A stretch of DNA of 63,703 nucleotides, the filler included, from Octopus bimaculoides (taxonomy: Eukaryota), in assembly GCF_001194135.2 (NCBI RefSeq). It is 7 parts of 6 records of this genome, joined end to end, with 100 filler letters (N's around TTAATTAATTAA, not from the genome) between each part and the next. Parts side by side here need not be neighbours in the genome. Positions count along the whole stretch, not along the records: positions 62,434 to 63,703 come from NC_068990.1; 6 more parts are not named here. The stretch is one strand, 5' to 3'. The position numbers and the translations under genes were made by a program. The notes below the pieces were generated by a model, which searched no databases, was not told where the DNA came from, and saw only the letters and a list, made by a program, of their open reading frames with translations. Below, piece by piece: positions 62,502 through 63,703 of this stretch; position 1 is the stretch's first letter; each line of letters opens with the position of its first letter.

Positions 62502-63383
62502 TGTATATATATATTAAAGTCGAATTTTTTAGACCATTTTTTTAAGGTCAAATTTATGGGGCCGACTATTACATGGATACTACTTTTGAGGGGCTGAAAT
62601 TCAAGCTAGAATCTGAAGTATTGTATCAGCAGCAGAAGCCCAACTGATCTCTAAGCGAATAAAAACAAAAACACAATGAATTACAGTAACACTACCAACT
62701 CTATACTAATCTAGCGATTAACTAAATGTTTTTAGGCTTACCAAAGTCATGCCTCGATATGAATTCATACAACGGTGTTTGCCAATAGTGAAACATGTTT
62801 CTCACCATGTAAACAGATAAGCATATGACGCATGTGTTTATTGTACTTGGAGATGAGGAAAATATAAAGGTTGCATGGGAACCATTGATCTAGCGATTAA
62901 TTGAATGTATTTAGGCTTATGAAAGTTATGCCTTTGTACGAATTCATACAGTGGCATTTGCCAGTGTTCGCCTATAGTGCTGTTTCACGTTTCTCACCAT
63001 GTAAACGAGTGTATGACACATGTGTTTATTGAGCTTGAAGATGTATGCAGGCTTGCAGCATATCCTGTGCATATATTTTAGTAATGGTGATGTAACACCC
63101 ATCAACAGATGTGTAGTTCTGGCTATTAAATGGTGTTTTACTATGAGCACCGGGCATTCCATTATAAGCACCAGGCATTCCACATATAGAGCAGGCTACA
63201 GTAAGGTAGCCACGCAATTTTGTAACAGTGTTACTTCTACGTACAGGATAACACAGCACCTTGGCCCACAAATGTTGTCCTGCTGTTCGTGAAATACTAG
63301 TGTCAACTTTTATATGGGGTCTCTGGAAAATTCCCAATTTTTTTACTTTTACATGGGATCAATTATTACTTGACTATATACAG
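62501..63383. mobile_element. Possible pogo/Tigger-like non-autonomous element with an internal duplication of about 185 bp
   Basis: Imperfect TIRs ctgtatatatat...aagt and acttgactatatacag. The internal units at about 62705-62845 and 62885-63035 are clearly homologous. Confidence 0.45.
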
Positions 63384-63429
63384 TGTGTCTGTGTATGTAT
63401 GTAAGTATATATATATATAAGAGTAAAGA

Positions 63430-63471
<42 letters not shown>

Positions 63472-63703
63472 NNNNNNNNNNATACATACATACATACATA
63501 CATACATACATACATACACACACATGTATATATATGTATGTGTTTGTATATGCACACACACACATTGAAATCTACAAGTTTATTTCATTCTCTCTCTGTT
63601 TATTTCCTCTTATTCCTTTCTGTTGAAGAGCATAGGCTTGAAATGTAAAAGACTCTCACCTACCCAAGTGTCAAACTAATACACCTGTTTGTTATTCATA
63701 CAC

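Overview
AT-rich, microsatellite-dense eukaryotic genomic DNA from a gapped draft scaffold. The repeat families and gap style suggest an octopod cephalopod, possibly Octopus bimaculoides (my inference, not a database result). Most ORFs in the supplied track are artefacts of N-gaps or simple repeats. The one well-supported host gene is a minus-strand calmodulin-like EF-hand gene: two exons (39268-39362 and 33937-34138) splice in frame, and its 5' exon(s) could not be located. The rest is transposon debris: R4/Dong-like LINEs with a restriction-like endonuclease (RLE) domain and (AAT)n or (ACAT)n tails, RTE LINEs, two mariners, a Tc1 deletion derivative, MITEs, Helitrons (one with a PIF1 C-terminus), three tRNA-derived SINE groups and possible Penelope hammerhead remnants. 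The most notable structures are a same-orientation stack of (ACAT)n-tailed retroelements (42940-45265), a head-to-tail SINE array (47555-48722), two hammerhead-like motifs and several palindromes. I found no convincing evidence of a wholly new biological system. Boundaries of degenerate repeats are approximate.
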